From assembly GCA_002633005.1 (NCBI GenBank), contig NMRA01000345.1:124001-188000 (forward strand): a stretch of DNA of 64,000 nt. Reading direction: 5' to 3'. The stretch comes from Phoronis australis. Lineage: Eukaryota > Animalia > Phoronida. Under the pieces are notes generated by a model, which saw only the letters and a program-made list of their open reading frames with translations, had not been told where the DNA came from and searched no databases. Shown in pieces: positions 24,712 through 39,700 of this stretch (position 1 is its first letter; each line of letters opens with the position of its first letter). The translations under genes and the position numbers were made by a program.

Positions 24712-27700
24712 TTACAGCCTCAGTGTGCGTAACTTCTGCAATGGCCGTGCCAACAGTGGTTGTTTGATCTTGGGTTTGTACGCATTCTGTTGACTCTCTG
24801 GGAACTTCTTGTTGTAAATCTCAGGGTAAGTCTTCTGAAACTGAAATAAAAAAATGGACGATGACACGGTCTTGCATGGCCAGGGAAAAGCACTTTCTGT
24901 TAAAAGCGTGAACAGAACGTCACATTTTTGCCCCAGTATTAGTCAGTGAATGTTAACTTCCACCATATCACCACTTCCTGCCATCTCTTGACACATCCTA
25001 AACTTTTGATAGAAAATACCAGTAAAAGGCATGTTGAATTAACTGAATATTTTGCCAATATTCAATGCATTCTGCCTTGCATTCAAAGACTAGAGTCACT
25101 TGTGTTTCCAGTTATGAAAGGCATGCTTAAGACATTTGGGTAGAAGTCGCATCTTCGCATAACTCGGACAATGTCCCGTGGTAAGTTAGTTCCAGTTTGT
25201 GCCCTACTGCCTTCAGAGAAGTCCAGATTAAAATCTTCCATCTTGTACAAGTTTTAATCAACGTATACCACAGGAAATATTAGGCCACGAGATGACGGGT
25301 GGCCAACAGATGGCGTGCTGATGGGACTAATTAAATGTTTGCAACATATTTCCCACGCCATATTGAGATTGACATTTATTCATACATACTTTTGTCTTGT
25401 TCTGTTAATACAGATATCCAACACAATTTACTTTCAAGGATACCAAACTTTCTCCTCGGCCCGCAAAACTCACCAGCTTCAATTTCTTCTTTTTGTCTTT
25501 GTCCGACATCTTTGCATCATCGACGATAGTATCCAGTAGCTTGTTGAGCGCCACCTGTGAGGAGGTCATGGCCTGAGCCTCGAACTCCGCCTTGCTCACC
25601 TGTGCACAATAGGCGATGGGAAACTCATCAGGTGAGTAACGGATCTGAAAGGCACACGCACGCACACTGGTGAGCACACACAACACCAAAAGCGTGAAGG
25701 GTCATAGGTCACACAAAGGTTAAAGGTGAACTGCAGTACGACTGTCCAGACAGGGTTTACAGTTTCTCAATACACTACCTTGTCACTGTAAAAGTGAACT
25801 GAGAGAATGTATGGTCTTAGCATCACACGGCAATGAATGTTGTATTGAGCAATCCGGGGTCTATGTTTTTGATCTGTGGATTAAACCACTAAATTAATAA
25901 CCATAGAATTTCCATATAATCAAAATTTTTGCATGTCATGGCTTAAAAAAACAAATTACAAGTTACAAACCGGTAATATTTTAAACAAGTAACATTCCCT
26001 CTCGCTTAGTCTATTTCATACTTTAAAGGCACTAAACCTTGCAAACATCATAACTTTATTCCTACCACACTTCAAAAGCTGTTATGTCACATGTTTAAAT
26101 AATTATCAATCATTGCTTGTCGCTTAGTCCAAGATACATACTTTTTAACCATCACTTTATTAGCTGCATTTCAACAATAATTCCAGAGTTGTTAGAATTA
26201 CGTGCACTTTCTAGAAGTCTTAAGTACTTTCTACCTATAAACCTCTATACATTTTGGATTGTTAATCACAAAGTAGTGCTTAAGTCGAGATGTAGTGTAC
26301 TGAGTCAACAGGTATCTTGCAGAGGGATTCGACTGATCTTTTGTTGGAAAAGAAATATTTTGTGTTAAACATAAAGACAAGTTCGAATGGAACGACACTA
26401 GAATAGAAAGGAAATCATAAAGCCACTACAGCTATCCAAGTCATTACTTCAACTACTCACAGTGGCAGCAGACCTCTGTTAAACAACACAACATGCATGC
26501 GATAATCAACAAGAACTGACGACAATAGAGCGTGAAAAGAGAAGAACACCAAGCAACATATACCAAGCACATCAGCAGTTTTTTAGTGTTACGGTAAACA
26601 TTCTCCAGTATGGGAAGTTACCACAATTTTGGACAGCGAAATTCAAGCTGAAATTGAATTTTCTTCAAGTAACATGTGTGATTTTGGCGTTCATCCTATT
26701 TCTCAATGACAACACTATCTTTCTGACTTGTAACGTAAAAATACCAGTGAAAGCAAAATTGAAACATGTATAGCCAATAGCATACCACATTGATAAGAAA
26801 TTTCAGACATGGGTAACTTTGTAGCCTTCCGTGTTATTCTTGAATTTGGAACTGCCAATAATGTCTGTTTCTAAAATTTAGTACAAGCTCTGACCTTGAG
26901 CAAAATAACTAAATTCTCAGTAGAGAAACTGGAGAAGCTTTACAGCAATACGTCATCAGTGGCCACAACCACACAACAATCAGATGGGGTGACAATTCGA
27001 CACCATTTGTATTGCTTGAAATGGGGGTGATTCCAAGTAATAGATGGCATTCTAAGCAACTTGCCAACAGAGGGAAGCACCATGTACCATTTAATGTTCA
27101 GCAAAGTCTAATTGGCAATCATTAGTAAAAGATGATTTAGTAAATCTTCAAAACATGTCTAGCGAAATCAGCGATTTGCATTTCTAGTAAAAATCACTTC
27201 AGCAATGTTAGACTTTGCCAGCAAAAGAATGTTTTACAAATTCTTGCATGCCACGGCATGCTTACAAAATACTAAGTGACAGTTCCTAACGTGCTGCAGT
27301 CTCAAGCTCAACACATTACAATTCCAGAAGATGCAATCCACTCGTGGCACAGATTGTACATGCAGTAGTTTACATTGCAAGTATGCAAAGCAATGTTGAC
27401 CAGTCACATGGTACCCACGACACCTGGTGGTATTGGGAGGTACTACTCTTTAAAAAGGGTTGCAAAGGGGAACACTTGACGTCCCAGAATGAATAGTCAG
27501 TGCACAAGGCACCTTGCAGAAACTTGAAACTGACTCCTTGGTCTCCATCCCACATAAACATTCGTCAGCCTGACGGTAGTGAGAACAGCAGGTCCCACGT
27601 GATCAGCCAACATTGCTTTATGAAATTGAACCATTCCATCAACATCGAGCAATAATCAAATATAACAGCTTGTTGAGTCTTGAACTAGAGTTCAAATCTG

Positions 27701-30700
27701 AATGTGTTTTTGTCGCAATGGCATTTTTATAGTGACGCGTGTCAAGTTGTAACTGAAAGTTTCACACTTTACAGTCCTGCGAAGACAATTTTTTCGATCA
27801 ATTTTGAACTCAGCCGTTATAAATCACGAAATTCTACACCTCCAAGCCAAAGCATTCAACATGCTCCTTTGTCAGTAGCTACTTATACCACGCTCAGGTA
27901 CTCACCTTTGCCCGACGAAGGTAGACAAGTTTATCTTCGACCTGCGTCTTGAGGTCCTCAGGGACCTTCATGATGGCCTCGTAGTGATCGATCATGAATG
28001 ATACGAGTCGCAAAGCCAGCAATTCGTCGAGGTCAGCCTCTTCTTGACATCGCAAGATGGAGCGACTGAATGTCTGCAACACCTTAGAAGAGAAAGAACG
28101 AGATGTAAAGTACATAGAATCGCAGGTGTTTCAATAATTTCCCCCCCACAAAAATTTCACACACAACGATGACTGGGGTCTTGGGTACCAGAAAGTTGCT
28201 TACTAAACTTGGTCAACTTTTATCCAAATACCAAGAGCAATGCACCAACAAAGACACAACCTGCATCAATAATCAATGTTTTACTAAAAATATTCAACAG
28301 AAATCTGACAAAAAAATTCCCATATTTCAGAATTTCAAAAAAAATTGTTACAATCAACAGTTCAAGCCAAAACAAATTGCTTTTGATTAAAAATTCTGCA
28401 ACTTTTATCTTCAAGTACGGTAGATTTGCTTCAAGTAGAACCCAATATGACAGAACAGTAACATTTTCTTTTATCAAAATTTTCAAAAAGAGCAAACAAG
28501 AAGTCAGTTTTATTCGACTATTTGACAACTTCATAAAGTATGGCTGTCACCAAGGAACACAAGATGAAACTTTGAATATTTCTGGCAATACAGTGAGCGT
28601 TTGAAAAATAAAAAAAGACAATTTTGACCATTATTTTTGTCCGTACTTGACCACGTTCAACTGAAATTCCTGACCTTTCCAACACACTACAAATTTCCCG
28701 ATCTTACACTCTACTATTAAAGGAAGAAACAGAAACATCAAGTATTTGTCCTTACCAGTGTTCTGACTGTTGACGTGCTGTCCAGCTCGGCCAGGCTTTC
28801 GTTCTTCGACATCTTGTTCAACAGCCGCAGCAGAAGGTGAAGCTTTCGCCTGTTGCCAGGTGGCAGCAGCAGACAGCACAGCTGGAGAGCACTCTCCACC
28901 TTCAGCTCAACGTCAGAAGAGAACAAACCTACAACAGATGGCGACACACATATTGGCTGTAGGTGTCTAGTTAATGCACACGTTTGGCATCTTGCTCAAT
29001 ACCCCAATTTTCAGCATTTTCATTTTTAAACACATCCAATTTTACAGTAGGTATTTTCAGTTCCTCTAGGTACATGAGAGTTGAAAAAATGAATTTCAGG
29101 TCCCAAAATGAATGCAATGCGCACACTGTACATTGTGTATATTCAGGGGAAGTTTTATTTGACTCTCACACCTGAAGTGACAAACATAAATGCAGCTTAC
29201 AAACAGGAGGTACTAACCTAAACTGGTAGTTTAGATATTAGTCCACAACTTTTAAAATTTCTGTTTTCAAATGCCCTGGGAGCAGGATGAATACAGTAGT
29301 TGCACACATGAGTACGCTACTGCAACCAATGCACTACAGGCAAACTGATATTCAAAACTGCCAAAAGCGTCGAAAAAAAAAACATAAGAATAGTCGTCAT
29401 GAAGATTTGCCAGGAAACTGAAATCAATGAAAGACGTCTAAACAACTTACACATCAGGTATTACGTAATATGTTAACAACATTTGAATATTGCATTCATT
29501 TTGTGAACAAGTTTTGTTATGGGTACCAAACAAAAATGAATAAAAACATGAATGAGACATTTGTGAAAAAATCCACGAAGCTTGACAATTACGCACTAAA
29601 GACTATCTTTGCAGTACATGGAACCAAACCAAATATTCTACAAAGCGGTACAAAACTTCTATGAAGTGTGCTCGAACAATACGAATAACGAGGGCCAAAT
29701 ACGGCATTCCATATAAAAGCGTGACTTACTTGTAGAACTGATGTATCTGCTAAGGTTAGAGCTACTGTCGCGAAGGATAGGTGTTGAAGACAGATTAGTG
29801 GCGCTGGGATATCTATTTTGACTGAGATTCTTCTGACTAGGGCTATCGTATCTTGTGCTACTGGACGGCTGCGCTGAGTTTACAGCGTTCATGCAGCCTG
29901 AGCTATTGTGTCGACTCATGCCCAACCTGGCGACATTACTGAGTGACTGAGCCGAGTTGTAGCTAGTCATTCCGGTCGAGTTGTTCTGCGACGGTGCTGT
30001 CTTATAAGACGCTGTACTGCTGGCGCTTGTCTGACGCCGAATAGCGCCACATATCACCGGCTGGTGCTCGGCGCGGTACGCCGGTGGTGAGACATACCGT
30101 GGCAGCGACCTGTCCGCCTGCTTAGAGTATGGATGATCAGTATGATGTGACAGCGTGAGCAGAGAGCCAGATGTGTATTGGTTATCGACAGTGGACCGAG
30201 ATGAGCCATGGTGAGGAGACTTGTTCTTTAAGCTGGCATCGAGGAACTGCTGGGCGTTGCTCAGATCACTAGTCGAGTAGAACCGGTTAGACTGGACGAG
30301 ATTCGCACCAGGAGGTGCATCGTGAAGATTGTGCATCGACGAGAATTTCTGGGAACAGCTCAGATTCGAGCGGTTCGACAGGTTCTGAGAGGTGCTTTGG
30401 TTGGAGCGATCAGCATCATCGCTGCCGTCGTGAGTCTGCGGGAGAGGAGCCAGAAGATTCCCATGAGAGTCCAGACGCACAACGGTGTACCTAGGCTTGT
30501 TGTTGTTGTTGTTGTTGTTGTTGTCACTGTTGTAGCTGCTGCTGTTGTTAATGTTGGCGTAACTGCGAACGCTCTCAGAGCTCTGCATGTTTTCGCCGTG
30601 TCGTGAAGTGTCAGTGATGGAGCTATTATAACCCAAATCAGCCGACAAAGCCCTGGGTTTGTATACGGTGTAAGTCTCATTACCACCACTGCTGGACTGT

Positions 30701-33700
30701 AGACTCTGGGCGCTATGTCGACGGCCCACATTCGAGTACCCCACACTGACGCCAGACTCGCCCCCAGAGACTGGTCTGAACGATGAGGAAGAGGCACTCC
30801 CATGCAGCATGCGATCCCACTCAGCATAAATAGGTGACAGCTTGGGTTGACCTCTGACCTTGTGCTGATTGTTCATAGTTAAATTCATCATTAGGTTTTC
30901 TGCAGAGGCGAACATGGGTATGCTCCCAATGCTTGAATACTGATTAGACCCACGGCGCCCTCTCGTGTTCGGGGGAGGTTGCTTGCTGGCTGCTTCTATT
31001 TTTACTAGAGGGGATACAAAAACATGCAAGGCCGGTTGTTAAAAGCGATATCGCAGCAGAAAATCTAGAAATTATAAGTCATGCAAATTTCTGGAGAACA
31101 CAGCTGGTGAGACCAATGGATCAACCTAACAAGCCAGATTCGCCGTGCAACAAAAGGGCAATGATGCACGCCCATGCTCACAAAACTAGTGATTAGATGC
31201 AGAAATTAAGTGTAATGAGAGGTCCACTTAGTATTTAGTAAATCATAACGCATTGACTAAAATGCAAATTTCCAACTATTTATAGTGCACTCCATGCAAA
31301 CTAGACTACAAGCTCCTGCAAGTTGCAGGACATTTAACATTTGTTTCACGAGTTAGCTTCTCAATTATTCAACATTATGATATTAACTAAAAGGGAAATT
31401 TTGCAGCTATTAACAAAATTTGCTAAATTTAACATTGGTGCTCACAAAAAGTTAACTTTGCTACAATTAGTTTTTAACAGACACCAACCAAATTAAGCAC
31501 TGCAGATTACTAAAATGAAATAGTTTACTTAATTGTACCTGTTAGTGAGAAGCAACGACTATAAACATACTTGTGTTAACAGGACTACAATGAGCCAAAC
31601 AAGTCATCTCAGCCTTACCTAAAACATTTGTGATTAGATCGTACATGGCGTACGTGAGCAAAGGCTCGCGTAGTTTCTGGAAATAGTCTTGCACCACTTT
31701 GAAGACGTCCTTTTCAAAGCCCGGGTAGTCGGGAATGTTTTCGTCCACTCGGTGCGGCCCTGGATGACAGTGGGGAGAAGAGGCAGGGATGAAATGTGCA
31801 GAGCCGAGTGTGACAACTGACAATCCGTTCAAATGGGACAGAATTAAGACACGAGGCAAATGCTACGAGCAGGTTTTGTCACTAAAACATTGGTAATGAT
31901 TCGTCCCAATAACCATGGTCTCCTCATGCACATACGGGGGCAGTTTCATGAAAAGTGACTTATGACATAAGTCAGAAATTTGGTCTTATGCTCCACGGAA
32001 CTATTTCTGGAAAACGATTAAATCTCACTCAAGTAAAAGTGTGAAGACTCTGAGAACATAGGCGTAATTGCTAGATACTGAAATAATCTATGATAGCTGA
32101 ACCTTTTTTCATCAATTGTAAAGTGGCAGTCTAAGACCAAATTTGTCGGCTAAGTTTCAAGTCATCCTCATGTAACAGACCCAGAAGGGTCTCAGAAACA
32201 ATTGCAGTTGTTTTCAAAAAAAAATAAAAGGCTGTGTTGAAGTTACGACAAAAATCGTGAAATAATTCATAAGAAAAACAATTATAAATTCTCAGAGAAT
32301 TTGCCAAGAAATTTCCAGGAAGGCTTCATACACATTTCGAGATATTCGTCGCACTAGACAAGTGCAATTGAACATCCTCTTTCCAAAACCTAGTAGCTTT
32401 TGAAAGTTTGGGCGACTACAAACCCTCAAAACAAAATTGGCAGGCAACTATTCAATTGACTCACTAGGGTATGAAAACCTGGACACATTGTACATGTACT
32501 TACAGTTGGCTAGGCACCGCATAGCCGATAGCACCCATGTTGGAAGTTGATCTGAAAAATAAACGGGTCAGATGAGCACTATGAACTGATGCGCCTCCTG
32601 TGGGCAAACAGAGGCTAGGTGGGTAAGTTGCGTGAGAGGATAAATAACATTCACATCGAAACAATGCAAACTCGCAGGCCACTTCAGTGTCAACTTGCCA
32701 ACGAAATTGATATTTTAAACTCAAAATTTCATGTTTAAACCGCCCTGACTCCTCTAACTGAAGTTATTCAGTTTCACCATAAAAAAACAAAATAAGCCCA
32801 CGATAGTCACTTACAGGGACCCCAGATTTCTAGAACCAGTTGAAGCTGGTTGTTCAGCGGAAAAAATGGTTCTCAAAATGCAGAACCCCTGCATGTGACA
32901 ATTACCAATAACATATGACCCTTACGCCATTGCAGCACTCTGCATATTTTTAATTCACACTGCGCTTTCACTTTCCATGAGTTTCCAGGAAATTATTTTT
33001 CCAACAAACCACATTTAAGTAATTTTTGAAACAATTGCTGACAAGCATAAAAGAGTAATACGACTCACAAAATATCATTTTTATGTTTTCATTTTATAGA
33101 TCTGGCATGAAGTTTTCCATGGGCTCTTGTCCCTTTTTTCATTTTCTGTTAGTTTTTGAGGCATGGAAACTAATTAGTCATTTTTCAGGCTTTCTCGACT
33201 GGGAAACGCCACTGTGGAGGTCGAACAGGTAAATCTCCAAAATGACCCAAGCATTCCAGACTCTATGGGCTTACTCATCTACAGGACAATTCTAAAATGA
33301 ACCGTGTGTGAAAGATTGTCAGATCATATCAATACCAGCATCAAGACTCCTACACCATATCAATGCCTATGTTAAGACTGTACTGATACCTCTACGCAGA
33401 GCGTATAACTAACCTTTCTTGTCAACATTGGTCACGTAACCTGTCTTCGAAACGTAGGTCAGGTTGTGCATGATCGTCTTGCCGCTGACCCAGTCATCGT
33501 CCAAAATCTCTTGTAGACTCTGCAGGCCGAGGCAACGTTTGATGCTGCAAAAACCATCAAGCTGCGTGGAACATGTTTCATAGTGGACAGATAACTCCTT
33601 CAGTTTACTATCGACGTAAGATTGCATCAATTTTTTGAGAGAAACTTCTCGCACAAATGACGATTTCAAATTTCAAAGGCTTCCAACATTGTTGTGAATC

Positions 33701-36700
33701 TTCAGTTTTTTACACGTTCAATTGTAGCCGTGGCAGAGAATTTGAAGTTCGTGAAACATAGGGTAAATAAATGATGCTTACCATTTACCAAAATAAAAAT
33801 TCCCCTGCTTTCCATATCAGGTCCTAACTTACGGTAAAATCTCATCAACTTTGGACAAACATAATTGCCTCAATTGCACTTTTCAATTTTCAAGGCCTTC
33901 TTAGGGCTGTTCCAGCAAAATCTGTGTGGGAGGGGGGGGGAAGGCAACTGAAATAAAAATGTATGGGTGGTTGCATTTGATTTAAATTCAAAATGGCTGG
34001 TGGTCGTACTTCAAAAAATAAAAATTTACAGGTCGTTGTTGTTTCATTGGGCCATAAATGTTTGATGGTGGGTAATTTTTGTAAATTTTATAAACAATCC
34101 GCACAGAATCAAAAACTGAAACAAAAATGCAACTTGCAAAAAGCTCCGACTTTTTCACTCCTTCCGATCTCCTCATCGGCATGCCCATAACACCATTTAA
34201 CCACAGGTGCTCGAATTTCTCGATGGCTAATAGCCATATATAAGAAACATTATGTTTTCTTAGTAATGAATGACGTTAGTGGTGATGGAGGAACAGATAA
34301 ACTCAAGCACCTGTGCAGTCAACCAAAAGAACAAAAACAAGAGCAACGCGGAGCGTTGAAATGCGCCCACAATTGCACCGCATACGGTATCCTTCTAGGG
34401 TTGTTTATTGGTACCATAAAGTGGCCAGTAGAGGGCATACTTTGCAAAATGGAAAGGCATGGTCATTGTCTCCTCAATAGGCTAGGGGCAAAATGTGAGT
34501 AATCTTCATAATACAAGCACATCCTATACACCAGTTGCTTAAAGCACCACAGAAACATAGAATTAAAAACAAATTTACCAACATACGAGATTAGCACAGC
34601 ATTAGAATGCCAGAAACAAATTTCTACTTGGAACTTTTCCTTCACAGTCACGAAGTAACACAAAGTATACACCTGAAGACCTATGAAAATACAGAGGTCA
34701 ATGTAAAATACTAAAATTGCCACTAGAGGCAAATACTAAAATTGCCACTAGAGGCATACCGGTAATCAGAATCATCCTAAAGTCGTCATCGTCCGTTGTC
34801 AACATCACATAAATACACTTGCTAAATTTAGTAAAGATCCTGCGAACGGTTTGGGAGATACAGCCATGGGCGCAAAAAAACAAAACTGCCACTAGGAGGC
34901 GCCACAGTAGTCCAAATCGTCTGAAAATCATTGTCAGCTGTCTTCCTTATAGTAAGCACATACACGCCAATTTTCACAATCATCCTTTGAGCGGTTTGGT
35001 TGATAGAGGGGTGGACGCAAAAATACAGACTCGAAAACAGTAAAAATGGCCACTAGGTGGCGCAAACTACGTCGAATCCATCTGAAAACAGTAGGATAGC
35101 GTCATCTCACTAATAGGTGCCTACATACCAAATTTCATGAAAATCCGTTCAATACTTTTGAAGATACAAAGGTAAGCGTAAAAAACTAAAATTGCCACTA
35201 GGGAGCACACCAGTAGTCGGATCCGTCCGAAAGTTCGCACATGCCGTCCCATTCATGAATGGAACATATGTGCCAAATTTCATGAACGTATGTCAAAGGG
35301 TTTTGGAGATAGAGCAGCGGACGCCGGACGGACGCCGCCCGGACGGACGGACGGACGGACGGACAGAGATGACGGCATAATGCGTCCACATATAAATATG
35401 TGGGCGCATAAAAATTACGGGTGGTTGCATTTCAAACTTATAAAAAATTACGGGTGGTAGGCTGAAGAATTAATTGAAAAATATGGGTGGTGGGTGCGAA
35501 AAAAGGTGCCTTCCCCCCTCCCATACAGATTTTACTGGAACAGCCCTTACATTGTTCTGCCCACATTTTTTTCAAAATACTGTCTGTTGGTAAATTTGGT
35601 TAACAACCTGGATATGACAAAGCATCATTCTGGTTCCGTATATCTTACAAAAAATAAAATTTCACCTTTATACGATTTCAAGACCATGAACATTATTGTC
35701 GTGATATTTTGAGAGTCAAGCCCCTTGTAGTCCACTTCAAATTGTGATTAAGTGATGAAGACCATCTACAAGTCATTCATAACTTGCAACATCTATCATA
35801 GCTCGTGTTAGTTGGACGGACATTAGCCGAATCTTCGCAAATTCAGATGATGGTCTCGTACGTGCACTCAGCCCTTCAGATAAATCAGCAAGTTTCTCTT
35901 TACTCTAATTCTACATCTCGATGCAATTAGACCCAGTTAATGGAAGTTTCAATGATATCGTTCAAGTTTCCAAGACGCACCTGTTCAATGTGATGGCTTT
36001 ATATTCTTGTTCGATTTCCACTGCCGATAGGACCCGTCTCAGAAGTACCTCACACCTAGGAACGCCCTCCTCAGGTATGCAGGTGACTGGCTTCAGCTTT
36101 TCGTAATCAATCTTGGCCGGTCGGGTCATCGACTGGTTCTGTTCAGAGTTGGTGTTTTTGACAGCCAGAGGGGTCCTCACAGCTTTCAGCGGGGAGGACG
36201 GCATGAATCTTAAATAGTTTAAAAACCAAATGGTTAAAAATTACTAAATACGACAAAGACATCAATTATTTTTGGGGTTGTACGCCATTAAACTGTATCA
36301 CTCTGATGTGATTTTCTTATTGATAGGAAATTTTAACTGCATTTTATTGATACTTTCAAAATATGAGCATGAAATCAAACACATATGTAAGACAGCCTTA
36401 TGTATTTGCATAACAGGCTTCTTTCACCCCACTGAGCAATTTTATGTCAGCGTTCAAACTCACAGTGTTACATTACTTTTCTAAAAACTACAAAACTTCC
36501 CGGGCAAGACCTAGTGCTCAGTATGGTTAAAAATGACGATATCCACAGTTACGACAGTTCTGATTAGGGACTTTACAAATTTTCTATTCGCAACTTTTCA
36601 GGGTGTGCAAGGACGTTTCTAAGGTGAATTGAAAGTACACAATTTTCAAGACACATTCCAAACATTATGTAGGTCTTGTCCAGATTGAGCTAACTAAAAC

Positions 36701-39700
36701 CATTACCATATGTGTGCGTGTTTAGGCCCATGCCCCCGAATGAAAAACAGAATAAAAGCAAGAACAAAGTTGCACTTTAAAAGAACCTTCTAGGCTGATC
36801 TTGACTGAGAAATGTGAAAAATATGTCATTGTCATTGTCATTTGGAGGAAATGCAAAAGAGGAATCCTGTCCATACTTACCTGTACAGTTTTCCATTGTC
36901 TTCAAACTCTTCTTTGTTATATTTTGATCCTCGAACGTCGGCAAACACCTTAGCCTTCATAAACTTTTGCAGCAACTGTATAGTTTGCGACCTGTAAAAC
37001 ACAAACAGGTTATCAAAAAGGTATGACAAAAGTTACCTGTGGCCATAACTTCAGCCTCACACTAAGCCACCTAAAGTACTTTAACTAAACATCAGAGTGT
37101 TCACAAACAGTTTATGGACTCCACTACGCGACAGAGGAATATGGATTCGATCTTCTAATGATGTAATGAATATTGAGTAAGTGTGTATGGTCAAATATTA
37201 CCACTTCGGGACACAATGTGATATGTAAGTGAAATTCTATTTTTCCCTTTTTCTCATTAAAGATAAGTAGCCAGGGTTTGGAATGACCGGTGGCAAAAAA
37301 GAGGAAAACTTTCCAGGTGATGCATCGTTCCATAAATGAATAGGCTTGTGTGACAGAAATATTTTGTGTTATAAAATTTAACTGTCAGAAATAAATCTTT
37401 TTGCATGAATAAAGTCAAAGTAATGACAAAAAAAAATGTAAAAAGAAATGAAAAATGAGGAAACTGCAAATCAAATAAGAGGAAATTAAAATAAAAAATA
37501 GATCCTCTTAAAGAGAGGAAAATTCCAAGCCCTGAGTAGCACTGGATAAAGGGTTTATCAGCTTTAACTGCTATTACAATATTTACCATCAGACGTTTTA
37601 CGAAACCACAAGCATTCATGATGTTAAAAGCCTTGAAAAATGACTAATATAGGCAACTAACTTATAAACACTGTCTGCCGAAAATGCAACAAAAACATAT
37701 CAAAGCAACACAACATATAAAAAATCTCAAGTGGGACAGATAGAATTCTAGATTTCATTTGATTTCACTTTAATCGGATAAAGCAGACGGAGTCGAATGA
37801 TTACATCTGTAGAAAGGTTCACAGCCATAAAACTGAACGTTGACTCTTTGTTAGAAGCCCGCTAACTTCATTATTTGTACTTCAATTTTTGGTCATAAAT
37901 TAAACTAAAGCTGAAGTATGTAAAGATTCACGACAGGTGTGCAAAGATTCATGACAGGTCCCCCCCTGATTAACGCAACATTTATACTTCACCTTGTCAC
38001 TTCCGTTCCAAAGTTTGGGTCTCTGGTCAGGTGACTGTGTAGCCAGTTGACAGCCTCCGTGGCCACGAAGCAGTCTTCGTGCGTCCGCAGTTGCCGACGA
38101 TGACGTCCAGTGGGCATACCAGCACGAAACGTCCGGATAACATCATTCCACTGAAATCAAGCAACACTATGTTCTCACTGTAACCTTTCTAGAGTACAAT
38201 CTCAAGACTTCGAGAAAAGAAATTCAAAATTATCAGTTTAATTTCAAATAAAAAGAATAAGTACCGGGTCCAGTACTTGGACGATAATTCAACATAAGAT
38301 GAATAGAACATATCAGGGTCTTCGATACCCGATTTACCCGACTAACAGAAATGACTTCAAAATCCTTACAACTCAAAGAAATACTTCCCAATACATGTCT
38401 TCATTCGTCAACAATGTCGTTTTGTACAGGAACAAGAGGTGCAACCCAGGTGACCAAGTTTCAAGCACTAGCGTACTCTGGCGGATCACGAGTTAGTGAT
38501 TGGTTCACTTCAAAGATCATGTAGGTTGACATCGATGTGATTACAAATTTACAGCTACGCTAGTAGACATGGGCAGTGATGCAATCACTCTAGGCTCGGT
38601 TCACATTCTCTTTTATAGAACAAAGGACTATTTGGAAAAAAATGTTGATTGCGGAGAGTATTTGTTCGATTAGAACGATTTAAAAGACTCCAACTGCTTG
38701 CAAGGGTGTCCATACACTTCAAATGTACAATAATGTGACTTTGATAGTCATAGATAGGGTTAAGAAAATCTTTTGGGATAAAGGGTGTAAAGAATTGCTG
38801 TCACTGCATCGTGTAGATTGAGAGGAGTGTCAGACATGAATCTCTGGTCCCAGGTTAGGCAATGCATCAGCTCAAACAGAGTTGAAGATTCTATGATATG
38901 GACATAAAACAGTCGGAAAAAATTTACAGTGTGAAGGTAAAAAACTTGTTGAGTGTGCTAGCACTAACAAATCCAATTTCTTTATCAGGGATATAACCAG
39001 GTTTCAAAACCCTGTTCGCCAGCTGGGCGAGCGACCAGAAAATCTACACGCCCAGTCCAAAGTTCAGTCGCCCGGCAGTTTGCATCTGTCACCACAAACT
39101 TGCTGCCAGTGTGAAAAAAAATCATTATTTCGTGCGTTGATGTTACCATCTATTAGGGCTACCATAATCGCCCTAATAAGTGCCCAGGGTGTTAGAAAAA
39201 TTCGTTTCGGAAGGGGAGTGCTTGTTGTAGCCTAAGGCAGTTGAAACCCGGCTCCCGCAGACGAACTTCAAAACAAACGTCACGTGACAACATGTTTGTT
39301 CGTCCAGACATTTTTCTCGCCGTGTTGCTGATCATACATGTAGATGGCACGATGCTGCACAGATGTGTACTTAAACCTGCCGCTCATCCAGACTCCACGG
39401 GAACTTAAAAAATCTTAGAGACGCTACTTATAAAACTTCATGAGGATTTCAGGTAATTTGCTTGGGTCGAAACCATTTTTATTCAAGCATTGAAATCGCC
39501 ATATCGAAGACGGCGATTTCGAGGCAGTCAGTCGGCGAGTTTTCGCCCTGGGATTTCAGCACAATTTTCTGTAAAATGATCGTAATTTAGCAGCAAAGTT
39601 TGATAGCAATGCACCACAGTTTTGTTGAAAGTCTTTCATAGATTACATATACATCACAGAGCGCAAATTTGATGAATCTTAGCTTCCGATTTCACCCGTT

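Noticed and set aside
30322-30827. Overlapping poly-Val and poly-Thr ORFs
   Set aside because: Alternative frames of the (AAC)n tract within DEPDC1 exon 8.
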